A stretch of DNA of 33,581 nt from contig NMRA01001102.1 of the NCBI GenBank assembly GCA_002633005.1, positions 21,160 to 54,740 of the forward strand. Direction: 5' to 3'. Below, one piece after another: positions 22,903 through 33,581 of the stretch. How positions within the stretch are numbered: the first letter of the stretch is position 1; each line of letters begins with the position of its first letter. The translations under genes and the position numbers were made by a program. Under the pieces are notes generated by a model. That model worked only from the letters and a program-made list of their open reading frames with translations, was not told where the DNA came from and did no database searches. The DNA is from Phoronis australis. Lineage: Eukaryota; Animalia; Phoronida.

Positions 22903-24383
22903 CTAAGGAATTCCAAAGCTTCAAAATCCGTAAAAAATCTGAACTGATGAAAAGACAAGATTCTAAACTCAAAGAAAGGATTTCACATGTAAGATATACT
23001 ACTGTAATCAATTGATCTCACTACGTAACAACAAATAATACTTCTGATGGTAACTGCTTTTTCCGTTGTATAAGTTTAGCCCTCTATGGCACTGACATTC
23101 ATCACGCTCACATCAGATCAGAAATAGTAAACCACTTGAAAAGAAACTTAGCAAAATACAGTATTCCAATGGATGAAGACCATCAGGAACATCTACGAAA
23201 CATGGCGAAAACAAACGGCAACATCAAATCGTGGGCCACTGAAGCCGAAATATTCGCAACTTGTACTCTTTTTCATAAAGACATCTACGTCAACACCACT
23301 ATTAGAAACAACATACGTTGGATTAAATACACCTCAGAGAATATCAACAGCAAACCAATATTACTTCTACACCGCAACCACCATTTCAACCTGTTGGACA
23401 GCAAACACACTCCAGATAACTATCTCATTCAAACAATAGAAGATACGTGCTCAACAACTCCTCCAAAAGAAAAACCTATCACAGCAGGTGTTCAAGATAA
23501 AGTTGACCTCAAAAAGACAACTGGATTAAAGTACTTGGAAAATCAAACGGCAAAAACAAATCTACAACAAAATATACGTCATTTACATCAGATGAAGTAA
23601 TCTTTGCCACCAACAGATTCGAGCCTCTACAGGAATCCCATAGTGAAGACAACATTGCACAATTCAACGCACCAAAGAACGGCCACACTAATTTGAAAAA
23701 AAGTTCGGCGCCACAAGAACAAAGGAAAGAACAAATACTCTAAGACATCTACAACGACTTCGTCTCGACCTATGCCTACCACCGTCATCTACGGTCCTGC
23801 AGACAATACCAACGACACCATCAAAAAAGTGAAACGTAACAGAAGGTTCCGTAGACAAATCACTAGGAAAACTATAACCTGCGAAACAAACAACGTAGTT
23901 AATTTATCTAACCATAACTTATCTGATAGTGAGGTTAGCCTACTTTCTAAAGGACTAAACTTTTGTCCTACCATAACCAATATTGACAAAGATGAATTAC
24001 TAATTGATATTTACACTTTCGCTAGACGTCTTAGATTGGCAGCATATTTTGCCAATTCTTCCAAAGATGAAAACCCGAACTCCCCTTTAGAAATTAATCC
24101 TTTCAAGAAAAAAAGCAATTGGAATCCACCTAAAAGTCAAAACCATGCATTGAAGCGATTACTACAAATATAATATTACTAAGTCCGAAAAAGATGCCCT
24201 CACAAATCTCGCTAAAAACAAAGAAATCATAATTAAACTAGCTGGTAAAAGATCAGCAGTTGTTACAATGGACAAGCAGAAATATATTGACGAGGCTCTC
24301 CGACAACTTAATGACACAGCATACTACAAACTTTTAGATAATAACCCAACAGAAAACATATCAGCCTTATAACTAAAACTATT
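22903..24383 (+). pseudogene. Disrupted N-terminal part of the PLE polyprotein: OTU-like protease, basic linker and PLE N-terminal domain
   Basis: DGNCFFRCISLALYG...WATEAEI...LLHRNHHFNLL (23016-23396), then NRFEPL, VVNLS..LSKGLNF, RRLRL and WNPP. The ADKG motif reads AGKR. There is a TGA at 23013, frameshifts near the poly-A runs at ~23513 and ~23700 and near 24370, and a probable deletion near 24170. Confidence 0.85.
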
Positions 24384-26039
24384 TTGAATGCTTTCCATTT
24401 AGGTCACATTGACAAAGACACCAAAAACTACCTCATTCCTAATGATGCTCAACCTAGTCGCTTTTATCTCCTTCCAAAAATCCACAAAGAAGGTAATCCT
24501 GGGCGCCCAATTATAGCCAGCAACAACTGCCCTACAGAAAAAATTTCTCAGTTTGCCGACTACCATCTTCAGCAATTTGTCCCCACCCTTCCTTCATATG
24601 TTAAAGATACGAATCATTTTCTTAATATAATTAAAAACACCAGTGATTTACCTAAAAATGCCCTTCTCGTAACTCTTGATGTTAAAAGCTTATACACTAA
24701 TATTCCTCAACATGAAGGCATAGAAGCCTGTACCAAGTTTCTTAGTCAACGTAATAATCCTAATGTACCTACATCTTTTATTCGCTCTCTTCTTGAACAT
24801 GTACTTACCATGAATCATTTTACCTTTAATAATAATCACTATCTCCAAATATTAGGCACAGCCATGGGAACTAGGGTTGCTCCTACCTTTGCTAACCTCT
24901 TTATGGGAAATCTTGAAAACAGCTTCATCAAATCCTGCTCTGAAAAACCCCTTCTCTGGCTAAGATACATTGATGACATTTTTATGATATGGACCCATGG
25001 TCCACAAAAATTAGATGTATTTTTAGAAAATATTAACAAATTTCACCCTACTATAAAGTTCACTCATGACATTTCTCAAAATAAAGTCTCATTTTTAGAT
25101 GTAACTGTCACTCTTAATAATGATAAACTAGAAACTGACTTATTCTGTAAAGAAACTGACAAACACCAGTATCTGTCATATCACTCGTGTCATCCCTTTC
25201 ATTGCAAGAAAAGCCTTCCATATAGCCTTGCCCTAAGAATTCGACGCATTTGTTCAGAAGAAACTTCCTTTAATAACCGTTTAAAAGAACTCAAGTACTA
25301 TCTAATTCAACGTCATTTCCCCTTACATCTTATACACAAACAGTTTGACAAAGTCCGCTCAATTACTCGAAATGAATCTTTAAGAACTAAAACTAAAGGC
25401 AATACTACTAATAGAATACCTTTCATAACTATGTTCAATCCATGTTTAAACGGAATTAGCCACGTCTTCAAAAAACATCTTTCTACACTGCATATTTCCC
25501 CTCAAATGAAAAACCTATTTCCTCATCCCCCTATAATTTCTTGGAGAAAATGTAAAAATCTAAAAAATTATTTAGTTAAAGCTAATATCGACAATATACA
25601 CCAAACTGACAAACCTATTGGCAACACACAATGTAACAAAACTAGGTGTAAAATGTGTAACTTCATCAACGATAGCACTTTTTTCCAGTCTTCCCAAACC
25701 AATGAAAACTTTGAAATAAAACATTATTCTGATTGCACCACCAACAATATTATTTACCTTATAACTTGTAAAAAATGTTCTATCCAATACGTAGGACAAA
25801 CTCAACATAATCTACAAACTCGGTTTCGTAATCATAGATTTAACATAATACATAAAAACATTTCTGATACTATAGGTAATCATTTCAATTCCAAAAACCA
25901 TAATATTCAAGATCTTTCTGTACAAATAATAGAAAAACTCCAACACCGCAGTACCCCTCACAGACTCAAAAGAGAACAATATTGGATAGACAAACTTAAT
26001 ACAATAGAACCTCATGGATTGAACATAAAAACTTCTTAA
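24384..26039 (+). CDS. PLE reverse transcriptase + GIY-YIG endonuclease (open portion of the polyprotein)
   Basis: FYLLPKIHK..PGRPII, LDVKSLYTNIP, GTAMGT, WLRYIDDIF, FLDV, SCHP, IYLITCKKC..YVGQT, RFRNH, HF and REQYWI..L.T..P.GLN. The listed start is not the true start codon. Confidence 0.95.
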   Translation: MNAFHLGHIDKDTKNYLIPNDAQPSRFYLLPKIHKEGNPGRPIIASNNCPTEKISQFADYHLQQFVPTLPSYVKDTNHFLNIIKNTSDLPKNALLVTLDVKSLYTNIPQHEGIEACTKFLSQRNNPNVPTSFIRSLLEHVLTMNHFTFNNNHYLQILGTAMGTRVAPTFANLFMGNLENSFIKSCSEKPLLWLRYIDDIFMIWTHGPQKLDVFLENINKFHPTIKFTHDISQNKVSFLDVTVTLNNDKLETDLFCKETDKHQYLSYHSCHPFHCKKSLPYSLALRIRRICSEETSFNNRLKELKYYLIQRHFPLHLIHKQFDKVRSITRNESLRTKTKGNTTNRIPFITMFNPCLNGISHVFKKHLSTLHISPQMKNLFPHPPIISWRKCKNLKNYLVKANIDNIHQTDKPIGNTQCNKTRCKMCNFINDSTFFQSSQTNENFEIKHYSDCTTNNIIYLITCKKCSIQYVGQTQHNLQTRFRNHRFNIIHKNISDTIGNHFNSKNHNIQDLSVQIIEKLQHRSTPHRLKREQYWIDKLNTIEPHGLNIKTS

Positions 26040-26141
26040 AATATGTCATTGATTTTTTTTACGCAAAAATGTATCATTTTCATTACACCATATCTTATAT
26101 GTCAATTGTCATTTTGTGTTTGATTTTACTTTATTTCTGTT

Positions 26142-26181
26142 TTTGTTGACAAAGGAAGTTATTACATCCGAAAATTTCAAA
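26142..26181 (+). ncRNA. Minimal type-I hammerhead-like motif (U3-A8 variant) in the PLE 3' pLTR
   Basis: TTTG-TTGACAA-A-GGAAGT TATT ACATCC-GAAA-ATTT-CAAA. Helix I is TTTG/CAAA, the core is UUGANAA, helix II has one mismatch, and GAAA overlaps the palindrome AAATTT. Confidence 0.55.
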
Positions 26182-27794
26182 TTTCAGTTGATCCATTCTT
26201 GTTGTTTTATTTACCGATTTATATTATTCATTTCATGAAACAGTAGTATCCTTGGGAGGATCTGGATCGCCTTATTTAGTTTCAGATATATTTTCTACGA
26301 TAAAAGTAGAGAATGAGACAATATTCCACTAGAAGACAGGAAGTACCAAACTTTAGAGTCTGCAATTCATAGCTCTGAACATACCCACTGAATCTTATAC
26401 ATGTAGTAAAAGATAGACATTCCCGAAAATTCCAGCCCCCCCTCCCATTCTTTTAGGCTTGGTGCGCTCATACAAAGTCTGGGAAAATCTCTATTGAAAG
26501 CCAACAACTTTGCACAGTTCGCCAGAAGTACCCAAGTTTTAAATAAACCAGTTAGGCCTAAGGGTAGCCTTGGCGCAAAGCTGTATAGGCCTACTAACAA
26601 GCTGTATTTTGACGATAGTCTTCACTGGTAGCTGGTGACTGAGGCTAACTAAGGTCTGCCGCGGCAGTGTGACACAGGACTAACCAGCACGTAATTTCAT
26701 GCAAATGTCTGAAAGTATCCTTGAATATATGCTGCATTTAGGATTTGACCATTTTACTTCGACAAAACAGCTTGCAACCGCATGCATTTACCGTTCGCCA
26801 GTGTCTGGTCTCGATTAGCACCGGGTCCGATAGGCTGCAGTTCCGAGTCGGGCAAAATAAATTCTGTCAAAATTTATTTGCCACATTTCTTCAGCAAATT
26901 CGATAAAATTGTCCGTATTTTGATTTTCTTAAAATTAAGGCGCGCTGTCCATTATTTTATCCCCGTTTGCTGGCTGGTAACAGTACAGGCACTGCTCTAG
27001 TCGCACTGACAGCGTTTTCTCGGCCTGGGTTCCTGAAAGAATTGTACTTCGGGTTCGCGGCAAGTTCAAAATGGCGGTGGTTCTTCGGGTGCGAATCGTG
27101 AGTGGCGCGTTCATTTAAACTTTTTTTCGAATACGGATCGTGTATTAGTTATGGAGTAGGTACTTCTTGGATCCTTATAACATCCTCTAACCATGTAATA
27201 AGGTTAATAACGTGTGAGAGCAGGACTTTAAGAGAAGTAGTAAAAATACCCACCTTGCCTCTTGTATCGAAAAGGGTTTACTGACCCTTATGTCCGTACC
27301 CGGACCTTGAAAGAAAGGAAAGTGCATGCTGTGTGCTGTGTAGAGTGTTTCTATGTCACAAGTTACTTCCGTCTGGTGCAGTTTGCCCTCAGTGGGCTTT
27401 GTAAAGATGGCGCGTTACTGTGCTGTTCTCTCTGTTATAATAAGGGGTCCGTGGACAATAATGGGAATCTAAACATAGAATTTTACCTTTTTTCTCCAGA
27501 CAAACCCTTTAATTGTGTATTTGCATAATTTGGTCTGCATATTTGTCTTATGACTATGGATGGTAAAGCATGAAATTCTGGTCGCCTAATTCGTTGGATA
27601 CCCTACACAGCTATTAAAACCAAATACATGTAGCCGACACATGACTATAAAGTTGTCAGAAAGATTAGTATGAAATACTAGTACATTTAAAAATGAAGTA
27701 ATGCAGACATTCGTAAACTAGTAAACCAGTCAGATTGAAATTCAAATTCAAAAAAGATATGCCATAGCAAGCTTAAGCTGTGTATCGCTTTCAG

Positions 27795-30045
27795 ATGGGT
27801 CCAGTAGCCTGGCAGATTCCCAAATGTGTATATTCGACTGGTCACTGTTCCCTAAGCAAATACGAGATATTAATTTCTATCAGAATTTTAAGGTACGCTG
27901 TGCTACAGTTGTTTTCTGTACTTCCGCTGATGTCGCTCAACCAGAAATTGTTTTCTGGCCGCATTTTTGTTCAAGTTTTGTTAAATTCCAAACTTAAACG
28001 CATTTAGTTTATTGACACAGCTTTGGTGTCGGTTTGTTTTGTCATATGACGTGAGAATGAAACTACTGTTACTATTACTTATAGTGGTAATTCTTTTACA
28101 AAATATAGGGTAAGCTCTCCCAAGATATTAAATTCAGTATGAATACACTTGATGTTTTTGAAGTTTTGCTGTTCTGTCTCATTCTCCCCTAACTGTAATC
28201 AATTGTTTTTCATCATTTACAATATGAAATGATTATTTTCCTTTTTGAAATAATTCTCAACTTGTTCATCATTTTTTAGGATTGGCGAGTATTTCAGAGC
28301 ATTTCTTTGTTTTCTCGTCGAAGTTAATAAAATTCTGCGTGGCTGGAGTCGGTAAAATCTCGCAAAAATGTTTCGGAGACGACTTTTTACATGCACCCCC
28401 CGACGGGGGGGGGGTGAAACACGCAGACGAGCAGCTGCAAGCTGAGCTGTCGCCCTCAAGTGAGCAAGAACTCAGTTCATAGCTCAGCTGATTTAAAATC
28501 ATCTTTTCTTTCCTAGGTTTCCATGTTTGTTTACATACTGGAGTCCAGGGGTTATATACCAGTCGAAATGCATTGCTCTTCCGATGTCTTCTACACGTCA
28601 ATTGTAAGTTTACCAAAGCATTTAGCTCTTGAATTTTCTTCTACGAGAGATTTCCTGAAGTGGCTTATAGATCCAGGTAGAATCCCCAGGACGTTCTTTC
28701 TGAAGAGAGAGGTGGTGCTTATGTCTTTGGAAACTTGACCACACGGCTCTCTGTCAGCGGTGGTCTAACTGTATGTTGTAAGGAGACTTCACAGAGGGGG
28801 GGGGAGTCCGACCTGACCAACTACATGTTTGTTGTATAACAAATCGCATCCGGCTTCAGAAGGTTATGTATGCTGAATGAAGAATTGGTCCGAACCTCTT
28901 AAATGTGAAAGAGGTTCACGCTGTACACATTCAAACTTTTAAATTCAGGTACGCAAGGGAGCAGATTACAAGCAGAAGATGCAGAAATTCCTGGAGAAAA
29001 TTGACAAAAAGAAAACACGTGAGGAGTCCGTGATCTCTGTTTCATCCCCTTATATCGACCAAATGGGACTGGGGGTTGTGTTTTCTCTGTCGGCTCCAGT
29101 CTTCAGTTCGAAAACATTGGAGTAAGTCTCGGCAAGCATCTCTGACGCGCTGCCTGTTGGTTACAAGTCTCTTGCCCTAAAAAGTTTAACTTTGAGAATA
29201 TTTCTATTCCATAAGTGTTTGTGTCCTGCTTTATCTTATGCTATCACTGTAAAATTCTGTTCACCTAAATACAAAGCATAAACTTTTACTTTATAGCTGT
29301 CGTAAACTCAACTTCCAGCACAAAAACATATTTTGATTTCGACCACTTCCCCATGTGAAACTGGTCTCAAATTGTTCCTTATTCAAATTGGAGGCGATGT
29401 CCATGCTTCACCAGGCGGAATTGACGGTTTGTTATTGCTGGAGACTAGCATCTAAAACGGCTTGTCACGGCCTGACATGTTATGCCCTGATAATAGTCTC
29501 AAGGAATATCGAAATGTCCGCAGTTTTCCAGTTGCAAACATAAAAAATCATTTCTCATTTGACTTAGGAATAGGTCTACACTAATTCCGTAGCGGTGAGT
29601 GGTCTAAAGATAGATTCTTGGATTTAACGCTAGCTTAAAGCCGCTTCAAAATACGGAAAAAACGCATGGTTAATTAAAAAAAATTACAGTCTCAGAGCGG
29701 TCTAGAACTATCTGCGTCATAGCTCTACTAGATATGGCCCGTGATGGAAGGCCAGAGACGGACAGATGGTGAGAATGTCTGCTCTTAAACAGTTTTGTCT
29801 ACCCGACACATTCAGCCTTGGGCCTCCGTCATTGGTCAATAGTTCCATTATGGAGCGTAAACTCGTATGATGTTACTATTTATCTACTTTGTCCTGTTGC
29901 ATCACTTTGTTATAGGTTTCTCGGTGTGTTAGGTATTGACGTGTCACTTAGAAGTCTCGAAGTGATGTTACAAAACCAAGTGTGGGGCTACGCCTATGGC
30001 TTCATGATGAACACGTACGGAGATGCCCTTATTCACCCCATGATG
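27795..30045 (+). CDS. Internal exons of a vWA + Cache domain protein (alpha2delta/CACHD1-like); exons 27795-27892, 28517-28603, 28949-29121, 29916-30045
   Basis: All four exons have AG/GT boundaries and compatible phases. The spliced peptide is (D)GSSSLADSQMC..QNFK|VSMFVYILE..MHCSSDVFYTSI|VRKG..SSPYIDQMGLGVVFSLSAPVF..E|FLGVLGIDVSL..GYAYGFMMNTYGDALIHPMM, i.e. a vWA end followed by Cache motifs. The gene's ends were not located. Confidence 0.85.
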
Positions 30046-30329
30046 GTAGGATCAATAGGTTTCAAAACTTTTTAATTGAGAAATAAACCAGGGCTGTCAG
30101 TATGCAGCTCGACACACTTATTCAAGAGCACGCACTCTCGTTTTTTGGCTCTCCTTTCCATCATTGAATTTATGTAACTGGAACATTGAACATCTTTGAA
30201 AAAAACCACAAAGTGCTTTCAAATTGTGCAGCCAAGATTTGGTCCAATGGGGGAGGGAGTTTTAATCCCCTCCTTCACCCGCACCTGTCGTGGCAATGAA
30301 TTCATTTAGTGTTTGTTTGTATCTACTCA

Positions 30330-31370
30330 TTTTTTATTTCAAATTACCGTATTGCCATATATTTTGATACTAGGACTGCCAACTCAGTGCATTCCCAGGA
30401 CAAGTTATATCTGACCTTTCGTACATGCTGCAGCGTACATACAATCACTAACGGCACCCGCCGTTGTCAGGAACGTCTGCTGAGTATGGCTGCTAATTGT
30501 GTCGTTACATTCTGAATTTTGCAGTTGTACTCTCCGAATATTGCCAGAAATACTCACGACACCAAGATTTGCTTAACGAAAATGTGTAAATGTTTTTCAA
30601 TATCAAACTTTTCTTTCGTACTTCGTCGTTATTACGAAGCTCGAGGATTTCCACATACATGTATGCGCCTCTGCTGGGAATTTCAAAAGCAAAGGTCGAA
30701 ATTGCGAATACTTTGTCTAGGATCCATGGCATAATGAGTGTTTTTTATCCTACGTCGGACCTCTTTTTTGTTATGATCCTGAAAAAGCAGTCGTGTATTG
30801 ATTTGCTTTTATCCCAAACGAACGGTCACTATTATCAGCATGGTCGTCATTATTAAATTCTTCGTCGCTTTTGTTTGTGTTTAGAGGAAGTAACAAACTG
30901 TCCAAAAAATCTATTCGCGGTGTTTGCCTGAAGCAAAGAAGACTAGACGTAAAAAAGCAGCCACATTGCGTTTACGTGGTCAGTTTTAGAAGCGTGTCAC
31001 AAAGTTGGTTCATTTTCGAGCTGATTGCTTTTGGACCAGATACGCGACCTGTCATGCAAGACTATCGCAGGGTCTCTCGAAGGCTATAAACCAAGAGTAT
31101 GAAAGAAGTGGTGTGTTTGACGTCCAGCTTTCTCCCGTAATCTTCATTCTTGCCTTGGCGACCAACCACTTCAATGGCGTCCATTTTGGTAGGGTACCGC
31201 GAGTCATATCGCTAGGACATTCTTGAAACTACCGCCTTTCACTAACGTCGAGGATCTCGCAAAATTTTCAAGGATGTCGTCTGGCACACCGGTGCGGTGC
31301 GTGCCGTAGAGCAAATTTATTTTGTGGTATGCAAGACCACGCATAATGACATGAGTAGAAGGCGAATACT
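30330..31370 (-). pseudogene. Possible highly decayed hAT transposase
   Basis: Collinear weak motifs in mixed frames: AYHKINL (CxxH-like), ENFARSS, LKWL (RW-like), VAYL..MNQL, EILELRNND, YFW and KVRYNLS. Confidence 0.35.
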
Positions 31371-33581
31371 TTGTGAGTAATCTCGAGACTAGACGAACGT
31401 ACATAGACGAGAGAAGTAGCCGCCACTGAAGTGACAGGTCGTCGAAGCTGGAATGTTGAGTTATGGTAAAATCTACCGTTTCTGTTCGCGCCGTTAGTGT
31501 CTGGAGTGTGGCGTTGGGGAGCGCAGCTCTGGTGTGTTGTGCCATACACTGTGGAATTCGGCACATAAACTGTCACCCGGACGATAGTATGTGCCGAGTG
31601 CGACAATATATGACGTCAACATCAGGGAATTTATGGCTTCTGTTTACGCATCCAATGCATACTGTTGCTCAAAAAGGACGAAGTTATGCGTATTTGACAT
31701 GTCTAGTGGAACAGTTTGACACAACAAGGTTTGTTAGAACATGCTAAGTGTCCGAAGGTCTCACCGACCGTCTGCAGACTTTCGAAATCGGTTAACGTCA
31801 AGATATCTAAAGTTTGTACTCGATATACTTGTCGTCGAATCTAGGCTTTTAAGTTTAGGAGGTTGGAATTTTTCAATTTTCTCTTCCCCGAGGGCTCAAT
31901 CACAAACCCCCTACATTTCGCTGGCTATAACCCTGGGGCCTACAGTACTACATGTATATATGTGGCGTCACAACTTATATTGGCTCCAGCAGCCGTAGGT
32001 TCATTTCCGGGCCGAGTGTCTCTTAGCCCAGATTATGGATAAAAAGTAGCTGATATTTCCGTGTCATTTAAAATATTTCTTTTATTTTTCGATCTGCTGG
32101 TTCTTATCATAGAAGAGACGCCACCCTCTAAAAATGGCAAACTCATCTAATTCCCGTTAGTGTATTGTGACGGGAACTATTTTACTGTCTAGTACAACGA
32201 AAAAGATAATTGCAGAATTGAAACGATATTCCAGGTCTCTCAATAGTACAGTCCAGAAATTTTGAGCGGCACTGATGTGCATTCGAGCTTGACGTTCCGT
32301 GGAGTATGTAAACTGCTGCTGAAGTGGTGTTTGAGTAGGCCTGGTAGTTATTTCTGGATTATTAATACGAGTTTTCAATTTACATGCATTTAAACACGGA
32401 TGTGAATTTGGCAAAATCGCCGATCCAAATCCAGACGGAATGACCATGATTAGCAGTCGACGTAGGCCTACTTGCCGTAAGGAAAGCGTGCTATGTCTGC
32501 CAGTTGTTGCTAGTGACTAAAGACGTCACGGCTTATGCATAAGATAACAGATTTTACCCATTGAAAATATACGGTGTTGGCGGTGCATGTACTATAGTCT
32601 GTGTTCTTATTCACTGTTTGTTCACTACCATGTCAGTACACACTTCCAGGCTTATCGCATTCATTTTAATGTTTGACGAATCTCTTCAAAATCACTCAAA
32701 TGCAATCAACACAAGCTGACTACTTACTAGTTACCATGCCCATGATCACAAAGGAAAAGATATCCTTTTATGCAGCACCCTTTCAAAATTGGATTTTGAA
32801 TATGGTGCCTTCTCTCAATATACATACCGTAGACCGTCAAGACACTAACTTTGTGTCTGTCAACAGTGCCTATTTACCACAACTACTAATAGAGAACAGG
32901 TTAAAACATCAGATATGTTCCATAACCCTGCATTGTATCAGCACTGCCATGCTACTGAGATAGAGGGAGAGACACATACTGTACATGTGTACTGTTACGT
33001 TTATTAATAGTTGAGCTTAATTTACTATTTTTGCCCATCTAAGCAGGTGCGTCCTGCAAACGAGGCTTACATGTATAACGGTTGTTATGCACATACTGAG
33101 ATTTGCGTGCCCACTTAATATCATGCCCTGCCGCCCATAGAGGGAGTGCAAACATTTGCAGTCACCATCAACACCATCACCACCACTGACACCAACTAGC
33201 TTTTGGATCTTTGCCTCGTGATGACAAAGAAAACTTTTTTGTACGTCTATAAAGTCAAGTGAGATTTTCTACTATTTCCTGAGCTTCCACCTTATTGGAT
33301 CCAGTGTGCACAAAATCCTTGCAAGCAAACTACCTGTCGATATGTACATGTATGCAGGCATCAAGATTTGTCGAATGCGACAACATCTACTGTGCCATGT
33401 ACGTATGTACTGTATTGTCCACTAAGGCAGCGACAGCATGGGGTTGTGTTGACGTCTGATATAGCTACACTCAACATGTGACTGCCGACTACGTGGCAAT
33501 ATGTGTCGATGCTGACGGCGTTGTCGCGCTCGGCACTTGTATCTAGTGCGACAATACCGGTATATGTCGCAATATGGTGTC

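Larger units (their letters stand above)
22522..26223 (+). mobile_element. Penelope-like retroelement (Neptune-type) with inverted 5' pLTR and N-terminal OTU domain
   Basis: VVNLS..LLSKGLNFCPT, RT motifs, a Cys linker CNKTRCKMC and a C-terminal GIY-YIG domain. 22522-22902 is a near-identical inverted copy of 25834-26223. Confidence 0.93.

Noticed and set aside
22944-22977. CTGATGA...GAAA canonical hammerhead core
   Set aside because: It lies in coding sequence and no supporting helices could be formed.
22622-23011. 129-aa minus-strand ORF as a stand-alone GIY-YIG gene
   Set aside because: It is a chimera across the inversion junction, contains only the nuclease tail, and lacks the GIY/YIG motifs.
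23013-23015. In-frame TGA as selenocysteine, as reported for some Naiad PLEs
   Set aside because: It is not at a conserved Cys position, no SECIS was recognised, and the copy has other disabling lesions.
6325-26039. Functional link between the TPR-TIR gene and the OTU-PLE as one defence/counter-defence system
   Set aside because: Proximity in TE-dense eukaryotic DNA is not evidence of coupling, and two assembly breaks lie between them.
29585-29615. tRNA/SINE A-box-like GTAGCGGTGAGTGGTCTAAAG
   Set aside because: No B-box or cloverleaf follows.
30871-33581. Further plus-strand exons of the vWA-Cache gene, and the 96-aa ORF at 32673
   Set aside because: No candidate combined the correct phase, good splice sites and recognisable motifs.

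Overview
This is AT-rich eukaryotic DNA, most likely from an invertebrate animal (inference: GT-AG introns, metazoan transposon families, assembly gaps). It is not prokaryotic, and most ORFs in the track are spurious. Two host genes are supportable. One is an intact single-exon 763-aa IFIT/TTC22-like TPR protein with a C-terminal TIR-like domain (6325-8616). The other is four in-phase internal exons of a vWA + Cache (alpha2delta/CACHD1-like) gene (27795-30045) that the ORF track misses. The rest is layered mobile DNA: a frameshifted PGBD3-like piggyBac with an intron and MER85-like palindromes, a 5'-truncated CR1-like LINE, a ~1.2-1.3 kb tandem array with Helentron/HINE-like features interrupted by a TTAA-flanked THAP-bearing (Kolobok-like) element, and two decayed hAT transposases. 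It also includes a Neptune-type Penelope-like retroelement (PLE) with an inverted pLTR, a U3-A8 variant minimal hammerhead, and an OTU cysteine-protease/deubiquitinase-like domain in the N-terminal part of its polyprotein. The two most interesting candidates are the OTU-carrying PLE and the IFIT-like TPR-TIR putative immune receptor. All family assignments come from motif recognition by eye; no searches were run.
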